A DNA stretch of 64,000 bases from Nitrospiria bacterium (GTDB lineage Bacteria; Nitrospirota; Nitrospiria; SBBL01; JAADHI01), in the NCBI GenBank assembly GCA_945787655.1, contig CALZIJ010000005.1, positions 2,804-66,803 of the forward strand, written 5' to 3'. The notes under the pieces are model-generated. The model saw nothing but the letters and a program-made list of their open reading frames with translations, made no database searches and was not told where the DNA came from. The translations under genes and the position numbers were made by a program. Below are positions 8,933 to 19,142 of this stretch, piece by piece (the stretch's first letter is position 1; each line of letters begins with the position of its first letter).

Positions 8933-10189
8933 CTAGCGGTCACACTCCCCCATCACAATGTCGTAGGTACCAAAAATAGTCACAATGTCCGCAATCATAT
9001 ACCCCAAAGCCATGTGCTCAAACGCACCCATATGAATAAAAGAAGGGGGACGAATTCGCATCCGATACGGCTTGTTTGCCCCTTGACTAACGATGTAAAA
9101 CCCTAACTCACCTTTGGGCCCTTCGGTCCCGCAATAAACCTCGCCCTCAGGTACATCAAACCCTTCGGTCGCAATCATAAAATGATGGATAAGGCTTTCC
9201 ATATCGGTCTCAACCTTATCTCGAGGGGGATAGGTAATTGTCGGCAAGTCCACGGCGATTAGGCCTTCCGGAAGCTGATCCAGGCATTGCTTAATAATTT
9301 TTGCACTTTGGCGCATCTCCTCAACACGAATCCAGTAACGGTCATAAGTATCGCCATTTTTTCCGAGGGGAACTTCCCACTCAACCCGGTCATACACCCC
9401 ATAGGGCTCCGCCTTGCGAATATCATAATTGACCCCGGACCCACGCAGCGCCGGACCCGTCAAACCGTAACTCACCGCGTCCTCCGCAGATATCACGGCA
9501 ATGTCCCTTGTTCGCCCAATCCAGATCCGGTTTGTTTCAAGAAGGGTGTTATATTCATCTACTTTTTCAGGAAAGGTTTTAAGAAACTCGTACAAACGAT
9601 CCACAACCTCTTGAGACAAATCACGGTCCACCCCTCCCACACGGTAATAACTCATTGTGAGCCGGGCGCCGCAAATCATCTCGAACAAGTCGAGCAAGAC
9701 CTCCCTTTCACGAAAGGTGTAGAAAAAAACCGTCATCGCCCCGATATCAAGCGCTTGCGTGCCCAACCAAAAAAGATGTCCCGCCAAACGCTGCATTTCC
9801 GCGACAATCGTCCGAATATATTCAGCCCGTTCCGGAATTTCGACCTGAAGCAGTTTTTCAACCGCACGCACAAATGCATAATTATTCGTCATAGAAGAGG
9901 TATAATCCAAGCGGTCGGTCAAAGGGATAATTTGGGTATAAGTTGAATTTTCGGCCAGTTTCTCAACACCGCGATGGAGGTATCCCAGATAAGGCGTTGC
10001 TTTTACGATCACCTCCCCTTCCATTTCGAGCACGATACGAAGCACGCCGTGCGTCGAAGGATGCTGGGGGCCCATGTTTAAAAGGAGGTCTTCTACGCGC
10101 TTTTTAGGTTTTCCGTCAACAAGCTCAAACTCAAAATCATCTTCACCATAATGATCGAGCCTTGTCACGCTATCTTGTTTTTCTTCCAT
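8933..10189 (-). CDS. nuoD: NADH-quinone oxidoreductase subunit D (49-kDa subunit)
   Basis: NMGPQHPSTHGVLR sits near the N-terminus. The C-terminus is GECDR, typical of NuoD/[NiFe]-hydrogenase large-subunit relatives. Confidence 0.94.
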   Translation of the reverse strand: MEEKQDSVTRLDHYGEDDFEFELVDGKPKKRVEDLLLNMGPQHPSTHGVLRIVLEMEGEVIVKATPYLGYLHRGVEKLAENSTYTQIIPLTDRLDYTSSMTNNYAFVRAVEKLLQVEIPERAEYIRTIVAEMQRLAGHLFWLGTQALDIGAMTVFFYTFREREVLLDLFEMICGARLTMSYYRVGGVDRDLSQEVVDRLYEFLKTFPEKVDEYNTLLETNRIWIGRTRDIAVISAEDAVSYGLTGPALRGSGVNYDIRKAEPYGVYDRVEWEVPLGKNGDTYDRYWIRVEEMRQSAKIIKQCLDQLPEGLIAVDLPTITYPPRDKVETDMESLIHHFMIATEGFDVPEGEVYCGTEGPKGELGFYIVSQGANKPYRMRIRPPSFIHMGAFEHMALGYMIADIVTIFGTYDIVMGECDR

Positions 10190-10250
10190 ATAATTAAGAC
10201 TTTTACTGCTTTCGCCTTGTCCAAAAAAAATTCAATATTATTGTAAAAGG

Positions 10251-10748
10251 TTAACCCGCATCGGAGGACAGATTATCAAAACTATCCCGCCACCCTTTCC
10301 CTTCAACGGGAAAGTCCTTGCGCAACGGAAAACCCTCGTCATAGTCTTCCGTCATCAAAATCCGCCGCAAGTCCGGATGGTGATTAAAAGAGATGCCCAT
10401 CATATCGTAAACTTCACGTTCCATAAAATTGGCGGCGCGCCAAATCGAAACTACCGAATCAATTCTGCAATCCTCTTCCGGAACACGAGCCTTGATGCGA
10501 AGCCGGTGATTCCGCTCCAGTGAATAAAAATGGTAAACCACTTCAAAACGCGGCGTCTCATTTGGAAAATCCACGGAACAAAGATCAGTGAGCATATCAA
10601 AGTCGAGTTCGGGATCATTCCTGACAAGATTGCACACCTTCAGGATATGGTCTCTTTCCACTTCGAGGGTTAACTCCCCATAGGCCACTTTCTCTGAAAT
10701 AAAACCTTCCGGACAGGCCGCCTTTATTTTTTCAGAAATGTTCTGCAT
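10251..10748 (-). CDS. nuoC: NADH-quinone oxidoreductase subunit C (30-kDa subunit)
   Basis: The protein is 165 aa and has NuoC-typical WRAANFMEREVYDMMGI and DFPLRKD motifs. It is encoded separately from nuoD. Confidence 0.9.
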   Translation of the reverse strand: MQNISEKIKAACPEGFISEKVAYGELTLEVERDHILKVCNLVRNDPELDFDMLTDLCSVDFPNETPRFEVVYHFYSLERNHRLRIKARVPEEDCRIDSVVSIWRAANFMEREVYDMMGISFNHHPDLRRILMTEDYDEGFPLRKDFPVEGKGWRDSFDNLSSDAG

Positions 10749-10772
10749 AAATCAGTGATAAATTTCCAGTGC

Positions 10773-11252
10773 TTAAGTCCTGAAAACCTTGCCTTCCATA
10801 ATTTTTTCCTGCAAACGCAAAATCCCCGCCAAAAGCGCTTCCGGACGAGGTGGACACCCCGGCACATACACATCCACGGGGACAAAACGATCTACCCCCT
10901 GAACCACGCTATAACTATTATAAATATTGCCTGAAGTTGCGCAGGATCCCATTGAAATAACATATCGGGGTTCCGGCATCTGATCATATATTCTTCGAAT
11001 CACCGGCGCCATTTTCCGGCACACTGTCCCTGCGACAATCATCAAATCGGCCTGGCGGGGAGAAGCGCGAAAAACCCCTGCCCCAAAACGATCCAGGTCA
11101 TATCGGCCGGAGACCACTGCGATCATCTCGATTGCACAACAAGCCAGGCCAAAAGTCATCGGCCACAAAGCCGATTTCCGCGCCCAGTTTACGGCCGAAT
11201 CAATCGTGGTCGTCATAATATTGGTTTCAAACTGGCGATCAATTAGTCCCAT
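10773..11252 (-). CDS. nuoB: NADH-quinone oxidoreductase subunit B (N2 4Fe-4S)
   Basis: The N2 cluster ligand motifs [16 protein letters not shown] and VPGCPPRPE are all present. Confidence 0.94.
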   Translation of the reverse strand: MGLIDRQFETNIMTTTIDSAVNWARKSALWPMTFGLACCAIEMIAVVSGRYDLDRFGAGVFRASPRQADLMIVAGTVCRKMAPVIRRIYDQMPEPRYVISMGSCATSGNIYNSYSVVQGVDRFVPVDVYVPGCPPRPEALLAGILRLQEKIMEGKVFRT

Positions 11253-11614
11253 TCAAGGGCCCCCTTTTTCCACGCATAAAAATACCCGACAAATAAAATG
11301 CCTAAAAATAAAATCATCTCCACCAAAGCAAACAACCCAATCTGGTTGAAGCTCACCGCCCAAGGATAAAGAAAAACCATTTCAATATCAAAAAGCACGA
11401 ATAACATAGCAATTAAGTAGTATCGGAGCGGAAACTGCTGGCGGGCATCTGTTTCAGGCAAGATGCCGCTTTCATAAGGCGTAAGCTTCTGGTCGTATGT
11501 GTTTTTGGGCCGGACAAGATACCCGGCGATAATCGTCACGACCCCAAACGCAAGTGCGATGAAGAAAAAGACAAGTATGGGTAGATAGTTAGAAGGTAAA
11601 AGCGCTGTAAGCAC
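11243..11614 (-). CDS. nuoA: NADH-quinone oxidoreductase subunit A
   Basis: This 123-aa, three-TM protein contains YESG and is the first gene of the operon. It overlaps the nuoB start by 10 nt. Confidence 0.9.
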   Translation of the reverse strand: MLTALLPSNYLPILVFFFIALAFGVVTIIAGYLVRPKNTYDQKLTPYESGILPETDARQQFPLRYYLIAMLFVLFDIEMVFLYPWAVSFNQIGLFALVEMILFLGILFVGYFYAWKKGALEWD

Positions 11615-11869
11615 AGATAGTTATCTCCCCCCGATTTCAAAGAGCGCACATCATATAAAATAAGAAAATTAAAGTCAAGCCACCAGAAACAATCCCCCAA
11701 AAGGACCCTATAAGTCGTCACGAAAGGCATCCATCACGGGCCAGTGGAAGATGTTTTTTTCATCAAATATTATGAATTTTAAAACCATCATTTTACGAAA
11801 TGACTTCTTATACGCAAAAGCTTGCAACCTTAAAAACATTCATTTAGAGTACTGAGATCACAGGTTAGG

Positions 11870-13105
11870 ATGGGAGGAGGCACTAAGATGATCTCGGTTG
11901 AAAAAGCTCAAAAAATTATACTTGATGAAATAAGCAGCACATCCCCTGAAAAAGTATTTCTTTCCCAGTCCTTAAACCGGACCCTTGCTGAGGACATCCG
12001 GTCTCCGCTCGATCATCCGCCTTGGGATACCTCAGCCATGGATGGTTATGCCATCCGGGTTTCGGATACGGCGTCCGCCTCAAAAGAGCATCCTGTATTA
12101 CTGAACATCATCGAGGAAATTCCCGCAGGTAAAATGCCTCTAAAAACCCTTGGGCCGGGAGAAGCTTCCAAAATTATGACCGGCGCGCCGCTTCCTAAAG
12201 GCGCGGAAGCCGTGGTTAAAGTCGAAGAGACCGAACGAGATGGGGAAGCCGTCCGCATCCACACACCATCCGAGCATGGGGAATTTATCCGGCTTCAAGG
12301 AGAAGCCATCCGCTCTGGAGATCCTGTTTTAAAAAAAGGGGCCGGAATCCGGGCGGCGGAGATCGCCATGATGGCATCCATAGGGAAATCCGTCGTACCA
12401 GTTTTTCAACAACCCAAAGTCGCCATTCTTTCGACAGGAGATGAACTCGCCGATCTCGACGAACCGCGCGGCATGAACAAAATATTAAACAGCAATGGGT
12501 ATGGTCTTGCCGCACAAGTGACCGAAGCCTGCGGCATCCCTGTCACACTCGGCATCGCCCGGGACTCGAAAGAAGACCTGAAAGAAAAAATAGCCATCGG
12601 GCTTCAATCTGATTTCCTCCTGATTTCCGGAGGGGTCTCAATGGGGGACTATGACTTTGTTCTTGAAGTCCTCGAATCACTCGGCGTCACCATGCGGCTT
12701 TGGAAAGTCGCGATGAAACCTGGAAAACCCGTTGCTTTCGGAACCAAAGCCGGACGGCCTGTTTTCGGGCTGCCCGGAAATCCGGTCTCTTCGATGGTGA
12801 CTTTCGAGGAGTTTGTGCGCCCTGCGCTCCTGAAAGCCACAGGGCGTGAAAAAATTTTCAGGCCGCTTCTCACCGCAACCTTATCCGAGAAAATCAGAAA
12901 ACGTCCGGGCCGTCGTCAATTTCTCCGGGCCGTGGTCTCTGTCAAAAACGGGGAATATCAAGTGCGCTCAACCGGCGACCAGGGCAGCGCCATACTCATG
13001 TCCTTGGTCAAGGCGAATGCCCTCATGATTTTACCCGAAGAAGGCGAGGGATTAAACGCAGGGGAGAAAGTCCAGGTCCAAATCCTTTCGGAAATTGTTT
13101 CATAG
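11870..13105 (+). CDS. moeA: Molybdopterin molybdenumtransferase MoeA (the real start may be the ATG at 11888, MISVEKAQ)
   Basis: MoeA-typical segments are present (PPWDTSAMDGYA, KIMTGAPLP.GA, ILSTGDEL, ISGGVSMGDYDF, KPGKP..FG, GLPGNPVSS). Confidence 0.88.
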   Translation: MGGGTKMISVEKAQKIILDEISSTSPEKVFLSQSLNRTLAEDIRSPLDHPPWDTSAMDGYAIRVSDTASASKEHPVLLNIIEEIPAGKMPLKTLGPGEASKIMTGAPLPKGAEAVVKVEETERDGEAVRIHTPSEHGEFIRLQGEAIRSGDPVLKKGAGIRAAEIAMMASIGKSVVPVFQQPKVAILSTGDELADLDEPRGMNKILNSNGYGLAAQVTEACGIPVTLGIARDSKEDLKEKIAIGLQSDFLLISGGVSMGDYDFVLEVLESLGVTMRLWKVAMKPGKPVAFGTKAGRPVFGLPGNPVSSMVTFEEFVRPALLKATGREKIFRPLLTATLSEKIRKRPGRRQFLRAVVSVKNGEYQVRSTGDQGSAILMSLVKANALMILPEEGEGLNAGEKVQVQILSEIVS

Positions 13106-13286
13106 CCCCGAAAAGCCGCAGAAGGGATTCCTCCCTTATTATCCATTACCCCCTCTCAGCAGAAACGGTTTTTTTACTTCTACCGAGAGGAGAAAGATCC
13201 CGCTTCGACTGACAGCGACTGCATCGCAAACGACCAGGTTTCGCTGTCTGCCGTACCACCCTTAGGAGGGCGCATCGGCTACAGGC

Positions 13287-14369
13287 TTACTGCCGCACTC
13301 TTAAAAAGAGCGAAAGCCCGATCATGAGCAAGAGAATATTCGCGCTCCAACCGCCCAGCCAGGGAGGCAAGACTTCCAAACGACCCAGGGCCAGGGTGAC
13401 GGAAAAGACAAGCCAGTAAAAAAGAGCAATCGCAAGGCTGAGCGCGATGCCCCAGGCAATGCCCGAACTCCGACGGTCCTTGAGTGCAAAAGGAACACCT
13501 AAAAAAACCATGATAATGTTTACAAACGGCAGCGCCTTTTTCCCCCATAAATCCACCTGATACCGCGTGGGGTTAAATCCGGCGCTTAATAGTTGTGCAA
13601 TGTAGGACTCAAGACCACTGTAGGTCATTTCCTTGAGTTCGAATGCCACCTTCTTAAAATCCTCAGGTTTTTTATGAAGCGTGATTTCCTCATATTCAAA
13701 ACGTTCAAATTGAACCGCCCCGTCTTTTTGAAAAACACGACGTGTCCCTTCCATGAACAGCCAACGGCCTGCTTCATAAATCAAGGCGGCCGCTTCCGTT
13801 TCTTCTTTAAGGGTAAAATCATCCGATAATACATAAAGATGAACCCCCTCCATCTTGGTTTTATCCGGGGAAATCACCTGGACGTAAAGCAAACGCCTGC
13901 TGTCTAGATGCATCCAGGTTTTGTTTTCCACAAAACGCCCGACGGGCTTCCGTTTTTCTATTTCCACCGTACGAATAAAATCCGACCTTTTCAACAAGGT
14001 CGGGATGAGTGTACCACTCATTTGATATGAAAACACACTGACCAATACCCCAAAACAAAGCAACGGCAGAACCAGACGGTAAACCGGTATGCCTGCACTT
14101 TTAAACGCCGTAATCTCGTTGTTTTTCGAAAGCCCCCCAAAGGTGATCAGGGTGCTCAATAATACCGTAAGCGGCAGTGTCTCAAAAAACAGATACAGCA
14201 GCCGAAAGATAAAATATTGAAACACCCATTTCCATGCGGGATCATGAGGGTAAAGTGCGCGAATCTTTTCGATGAAATCGACCGAGAACGCCACGAGAGC
14301 AAGCGCCAGGGCCGTAATAAAAAATACCTGCAGGAATTCCTTCAAAATATAGCGCGTGATCATAGACAT
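13287..14369 (-). CDS. lptG: LPS export ABC transporter permease, YjgP/YjgQ family (LptG-like); start taken at MSMITRYILKEF
   Basis: The N-terminus RYILKEF is typical of the family. The protein has six TM helices with a large periplasmic loop. It is the second of two tandem paralogs. Confidence 0.72.
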   Translation of the reverse strand: MSMITRYILKEFLQVFFITALALALVAFSVDFIEKIRALYPHDPAWKWVFQYFIFRLLYLFFETLPLTVLLSTLITFGGLSKNNEITAFKSAGIPVYRLVLPLLCFGVLVSVFSYQMSGTLIPTLLKRSDFIRTVEIEKRKPVGRFVENKTWMHLDSRRLLYVQVISPDKTKMEGVHLYVLSDDFTLKEETEAAALIYEAGRWLFMEGTRRVFQKDGAVQFERFEYEEITLHKKPEDFKKVAFELKEMTYSGLESYIAQLLSAGFNPTRYQVDLWGKKALPFVNIIMVFLGVPFALKDRRSSGIAWGIALSLAIALFYWLVFSVTLALGRLEVLPPWLGGWSANILLLMIGLSLFLRVRQ

Positions 14370-14385
14370 GGTGACGGCTTTACCC

Positions 14386-15510
14386 TCAGGGCCTTTTACT
14401 TGCAATCCCGAACAGAGTCGGGGAGACATGGGTCGCTATTTTTTTCAACAAATAGATACAAAACAGGCTCATGACAAAAACGGGGAGCAGCGCCGCAGCC
14501 AGTGGTGATACGATGCGCGCCGCAATCAAGGCATCGCCCAGCGTCATCAACATATAATACAGCGTAATCATGACGATTCCGGCGGCAAAACCGCCAACCC
14601 GCGTAATTCGGCCAGAAACGATACCCAGAGGCATGCCCATCATACAAAATATGAAGGCCGCCACTGCAAATAAGAACCGTCTGTAATACCGTGAAAGCAG
14701 ACGGAGGGCCTGTAAGTCTTCACCGTTCGATTCTGAAATACGTCTCTGAATGTCAGCCAGTGAGGGCCCATCAGTCCCTCTTTGCTGCTGAGCCATTTGT
14801 GAGAAATCAATATTCACATCATAGTTGGAAAAAGTCATTTTTTGATATCGGTCACTGTCCGGAACTTTTTGGTGCAGGCTGCCATCGACCAGATGAAGGC
14901 CGATGGTCTGGGTAGCCTGATCGCTCATCAGAATGCCTTCTTTGGCAACAATCACGACGGCATTGTCCGGTTTTCTTTGATCAAAGATAAAAACCCCTTT
15001 CATTTCTGAAAATGTCGGCATGGATTCAACATAGATCATCATATTTGAAAAAATCCCGTTAAATTGTCCTTCTTCAAGTCCGACACTGGCCCGCTGCATC
15101 AACAGCTTTACCGCCAGGTTTTTTAAAGACCCTTTTCGCGGACCAGCCATCCATCCCATCCACAACGTCAGTAAGGAAATTAAAACAGCAAAGATCAAAA
15201 CCGGTTTAAACAAGCGCCAAAACCCCATCCCAGCCGCATGAAGGGCAATAATTTCATTGTCGGCCGACAGCCGGTTAAATGTGGTCACCGAGGCCATCGT
15301 GACCGCCATGGGTAAGGTAATCACAAAAAAGGACGGCAGGACCTGTAAAAAAAGTTCCCCGACACTCAAGAGATCTACGCCTTTGTCGATCACCAGCTCC
15401 ATGAGTTTTAAAATTTGCTGGCTGATTAAAATGAACAGCAGTATAAACATCCCCAGAAAAAACGGGCCGCTCAGTTCCTTTATAATGTATCGATCCAATC
15501 GGGTCAGCAT
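14386..15510 (-). CDS. lptF: LPS export ABC transporter permease, YjgP/YjgQ family (LptF-like)
   Basis: The N-terminus LDRYIIKEL is typical of the family and the TM/periplasmic-loop architecture matches. It is the first of the tandem pair. Confidence 0.72.
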   Translation of the reverse strand: MLTRLDRYIIKELSGPFFLGMFILLFILISQQILKLMELVIDKGVDLLSVGELFLQVLPSFFVITLPMAVTMASVTTFNRLSADNEIIALHAAGMGFWRLFKPVLIFAVLISLLTLWMGWMAGPRKGSLKNLAVKLLMQRASVGLEEGQFNGIFSNMMIYVESMPTFSEMKGVFIFDQRKPDNAVVIVAKEGILMSDQATQTIGLHLVDGSLHQKVPDSDRYQKMTFSNYDVNIDFSQMAQQQRGTDGPSLADIQRRISESNGEDLQALRLLSRYYRRFLFAVAAFIFCMMGMPLGIVSGRITRVGGFAAGIVMITLYYMLMTLGDALIAARIVSPLAAALLPVFVMSLFCIYLLKKIATHVSPTLFGIASKRP

Positions 15511-15579
15511 GGGGCCATACTATACAGAGGTGTCGCTCAAGTTGTAAATATCGGCTTTCAAAGGGATTTCAGCTTTTGC

Positions 15580-16590
15580 TTGACATCATTTCCCCCGCGA
15601 AATACCATGGGCTTTTTGATCGACTGTTTTACCGGCCGTTTGTACAGAAAGATTTTCCGCGTGATACGACATGATCCCTCATTTGAAATTGGTCCATTAA
15701 TCGAAACCATCACCCCTTCAGCCATCCGAGATCACCTTGAAGCGCTCACCGGTGAAAAGGAACCGACCCGCTCACCGGACGCCCTTTTATCGGCCGCATC
15801 TTATCTCTCACAGCATTTTGAAGCGTGCGGTTTGCACTCTGAATATTCCCCGATAGAAGGGCATAGCGATGCAAACGGGTCCCCCTGTTTCAATGTTGTT
15901 GCTGAAAAACCAGGACAAGACCCTTCGAATAAAAAGATAATCATTGGCGCGCACTACGACACGGTACCCGGCTCGCCCGGCGCCGATGACAATGCCAGCA
16001 GCCTTGCCGTTTTACTCGAAGTGGCACGGCTCCTTTCTTCCATGGAAGGACATTTGACACCGCACTTTGTGGCCTTCTCACTCGAAGAGCAGGGATTTAT
16101 CGGGAGCACGGCCTACCTCAATACTTTGGAAGAACACAGCACGCCCATTTTTGGCGCCCTGATTCTGGAGTGCATCGGCTTCACCGACCACACACCCGGA
16201 TCTCAAAAAACCCCGCCGGGTTTGCCCTTTGTGTTACCCGATGCAGGTGATTTTATCGGACTCGTCGGAAATGAAACTTCCAAACCCATTCAGACTGCAT
16301 TTGAAACAGCGGTGAATACCTACACCCCCGATCTGCCTGAAATCAGCCTGCTCGTCCCCGGAAAGGGGGAAGCACTGCCTGATTCGCGGCGTTCCGATCA
16401 TGTGCCTTTCTGGGATAAAGGCTATGCCGCAGTCATGCTCACCGATACCGCGAACTTCAGAAACCCGCATTACCATCAACCCAGTGACCAGGTCGAAACA
16501 CTCGACCTTTCATTTATGGTCGAGGTCGCAAAAGCACTGGCGGCGGCGGTCATTGACCTTGCCGGCTTAAAACCCGAAAAAAAATCATGA
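15580..16590 (+). CDS. M28-family zinc aminopeptidase (TTG start at 15580; alternative ATG at 15607)
   Basis: The M28 metal-ligand context is present (GAHYDTV, GADDNASSLAVLLE, EEQG, SDH.PF). Confidence 0.78.
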   Translation: MTSFPPRNTMGFLIDCFTGRLYRKIFRVIRHDPSFEIGPLIETITPSAIRDHLEALTGEKEPTRSPDALLSAASYLSQHFEACGLHSEYSPIEGHSDANGSPCFNVVAEKPGQDPSNKKIIIGAHYDTVPGSPGADDNASSLAVLLEVARLLSSMEGHLTPHFVAFSLEEQGFIGSTAYLNTLEEHSTPIFGALILECIGFTDHTPGSQKTPPGLPFVLPDAGDFIGLVGNETSKPIQTAFETAVNTYTPDLPEISLLVPGKGEALPDSRRSDHVPFWDKGYAAVMLTDTANFRNPHYHQPSDQVETLDLSFMVEVAKALAAAVIDLAGLKPEKKS

Positions 16591-17111
16591 TGCGGGAAAT
16601 CTACAAAGGAAGCCCCGTCCACCTCTTCGTTGAAGAGGTGGCTTTACCCAACGGCAAAAATACGACACTTGAAATTATACGGCACCCCGGGGCCTCAGCC
16701 GTTGTTCCGCTTCTAAAAGACGGGCAAGTGGTTTTAATACACCAATACCGACACGCTGCGGGAGGGTATCTTTACGAAATCCCGGCCGGAAAACTGTCCA
16801 AAGGCGAACAACCGGAAGACTGCGCACGTCGGGAAGTCGAAGAGGAAATCGGTATGAAAGTGGGCCATCTACAAAAACTCACCGCGATTTTCACCGTGCC
16901 GGGATTTTGTGACGAAGTGATCCATCTATATTTAGGCACAGAACTGACCCCTGCCACCCAAAAACTGGACCCGGACGAGGTGATTGAGATTATCACCCTC
17001 CCTTTTGATGACGCGATGAAAAAAATTACAGATCAAACCATACGGGATGCCAAAAGTATCGTCGGACTACAACTCGCCTACGCTCAGGCCAAGGCACAAG
17101 GGCACCTATAA
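16587..17111 (+). CDS. Nudix hydrolase, ADP-ribose pyrophosphatase-like
   Basis: A Nudix box is present (GKLSKGEQPEDCARREVEEEIGM), in an ADPRase-like context. Confidence 0.8.
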   Translation: MMREIYKGSPVHLFVEEVALPNGKNTTLEIIRHPGASAVVPLLKDGQVVLIHQYRHAAGGYLYEIPAGKLSKGEQPEDCARREVEEEIGMKVGHLQKLTAIFTVPGFCDEVIHLYLGTELTPATQKLDPDEVIEIITLPFDDAMKKITDQTIRDAKSIVGLQLAYAQAKAQGHL

Positions 17112-17124
17112 ATTAGAGGAAAAT

Positions 17125-18576
17125 ATGCCAGAAAAACTGCTTTTTGAAAAATCGGCCCCCGGACGCCGGGGCGTGACTTTTCCCACCGAATCCCTGGAAG
17201 GGTTTTCAGTTGAATCGGTCCTGCCAAAACAGTTCCAGCGTGAATCTGAATTAGACTTGCCTGAACTCAGTGAAAATGAACTGATGCGGCACTATACACG
17301 GCTGTCACAGAAAAGCTACGGCGTAGACACCGGCTTTTATCCGTTGGGCTCCTGTACAATGAAGTATAATCCTAAAATCCACGAAGATGTCGCGCGTTTT
17401 TCCGGTTTTTCAGACATCCATCCACTTCAACCGGAAAAGACGGTCCAAGGCGCATTGATGTTACTCCACCACCTGGAAACCCTGCTGTGTGAAATCGCAG
17501 GCATGGCGCGGGTTTCATTGCAGCCCGTGGCAGGCGCCCAGGGTGAAATGACAGGCATGCTCATCACACGCGCCTATCACGCCGCAATGGGCCGGCAAAG
17601 AAAACATGTGATTATTCCTGATTCGGCACACGGCACCAATCCGGCCAGTGCACACCTTTCCGGCTATACGATTAAAACCGTCAAATCCAACTCAGAAGGC
17701 GTGATCGATCTTGAGGATTTAAAACGGGTGGTGGATGATGACACCGCGGCCTTGATGTTGACCAATCCGAATACGCTGGGTTTGTTCGAACGACAAATTG
17801 GCGAAGTGGTCAACACGGTCCATGCCGCCGGGGCACTGGTTTATTTGGATGGCGCCAATCTAAATGCTGTATTGGGCCTCACCCGCCCCGGAGACATGGG
17901 GTTTGATATTGTCCATTTTAATCTCCACAAAACCTTTTCAACCCCACATGGCGGAGGCGGCCCCGGGGCCGGGCCGGTCGGTGTGGCAGATCATCTCACA
18001 GCCTATCTCCCTTCACCCAGCATCGAAAAAAAAGGGGAACACTTTTTTTTCGATGCAAACCGCCCCCAATCTATTGGACGTGTACACAGTTTTTACGGCA
18101 ATTTCGGCATCCTCGTCCGGGCCTATACCTATATCCGCAGACTCGGTGCGGAAGGCTTATCGGCCATCAGCCGCAACACGATCATCAACGCCAATTACCT
18201 TAAAAAACGACTGGAAAGCGCTTACAACATCCCGATGAAGCGTCCTTGCATGCATGAATTTATCCTTTCAGCCAAAGCTTTTCGCGAAAAAGGCATCCAT
18301 GCATGGGATATCGCCAAACGGCTGATCGATTACGGATTTTACCCGCCAACGGTTAACTTTCCCCTGATTGTTCCGGAATCATTAATGATTGAAGCCCCTG
18401 AAAGCGAGGCCAGGGAGACACTCGATGATTTTGCGAATGCTTTACTTGAGATTCGAAAAGAAATTGATAACAGCCCTGAAAAACTCACCCAGGCCCCTCA
18501 AAGTCAGGAAGTGGGACGCATGAATGAAGTGCTGGCCGCAAGACAACTCAATGTCCGCTTTGAAAAGATCCCGTAG
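17125..18576 (+). CDS. gcvPB: Glycine dehydrogenase (decarboxylating) subunit 2 (P-protein C-terminal subunit)
   Basis: The PLP-lysine context HFNLHKTFSTPHGGGGPG is present. The N-terminus MPEKLLFEKS..GRRG is typical of GcvPB. An SD (AGAGGA, 17115-17120) precedes the ATG at 17125, so the longer ORF from 17047 is probably a 5' over-extension. Confidence 0.9.
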   Translation: MPEKLLFEKSAPGRRGVTFPTESLEGFSVESVLPKQFQRESELDLPELSENELMRHYTRLSQKSYGVDTGFYPLGSCTMKYNPKIHEDVARFSGFSDIHPLQPEKTVQGALMLLHHLETLLCEIAGMARVSLQPVAGAQGEMTGMLITRAYHAAMGRQRKHVIIPDSAHGTNPASAHLSGYTIKTVKSNSEGVIDLEDLKRVVDDDTAALMLTNPNTLGLFERQIGEVVNTVHAAGALVYLDGANLNAVLGLTRPGDMGFDIVHFNLHKTFSTPHGGGGPGAGPVGVADHLTAYLPSPSIEKKGEHFFFDANRPQSIGRVHSFYGNFGILVRAYTYIRRLGAEGLSAISRNTIINANYLKKRLESAYNIPMKRPCMHEFILSAKAFREKGIHAWDIAKRLIDYGFYPPTVNFPLIVPESLMIEAPESEARETLDDFANALLEIRKEIDNSPEKLTQAPQSQEVGRMNEVLAARQLNVRFEKIP

Positions 18577-18602
18577 GTTAAACTGATTTAAAAAAATATC
18601 GC

Positions 18603-19133
18603 TTAAGCCTCGGATTTCTTTCCGTAAAAAAGACTCCCTTCGTCCTGATCGTCACTGGTTTTTTTCTCATCAGCGGGCTGCTCTTGTTTTTTTATCGGAA
18701 CATCGGGCTTCTGGGGCATCTCGTTTAATTCGAGCAGACGGTTTATTTCCACGACTAAATCATGAATCCGGTCTTTCTCCCGGATCTTGATGGGCGTCCG
18801 TTCTCCGGTTTTAATTCGCCTTTGCAACTCAATTGTAATCCGTTGAAGCGCACCGACCGTATGATAGGTTACGCGCCAGCCTAACTGCCAAAACATATAG
18901 ACAATCACAGGTAAAAAACAGAGCACAACAAAAATGGCCTGCTTCACACGCAATCGAACATCTGCAATCGGAATCACTTCATCTTTAACTAATGAAAAAT
19001 AGAAATAGAGTCCCCCCATTCCCCCACAAAAAACCAACAAGGTGACAATAAAAGTTGTGGCCATGCCGAGTACAATTGGGTGGTGGTATTGTTTACACAC
19101 ATATTCAAGTTGTTTTCTCTCTCTCCTTAGCAT
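18603..19133 (-). CDS. Membrane protein with two TM helices followed by a HAMP-like segment and an acidic/low-complexity tail; no output domain
   Basis: There are two hydrophobic helices. The following stretch, ALQRITIELQRRIKTGE..IKIREKDRIHDLVVEINRLL, resembles the HAMP AS1-connector-AS2 pattern. This is the last gene of the cytochrome operon. Confidence 0.5.
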   Translation of the reverse strand: MLRRERKQLEYVCKQYHHPIVLGMATTFIVTLLVFCGGMGGLYFYFSLVKDEVIPIADVRLRVKQAIFVVLCFLPVIVYMFWQLGWRVTYHTVGALQRITIELQRRIKTGERTPIKIREKDRIHDLVVEINRLLELNEMPQKPDVPIKKQEQPADEKKTSDDQDEGSLFYGKKSEA

Positions 19134-19142
19134 CGATCTTCC

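Noticed and set aside
11615-11869. A possible Moco riboswitch upstream of moeA, or another leader element in the nuoA/moeA divergent region.
   Set aside because: I could not find the conserved Moco-motif helices or any convincing extended pairing. The region looks like plain AT-rich divergent promoter DNA.
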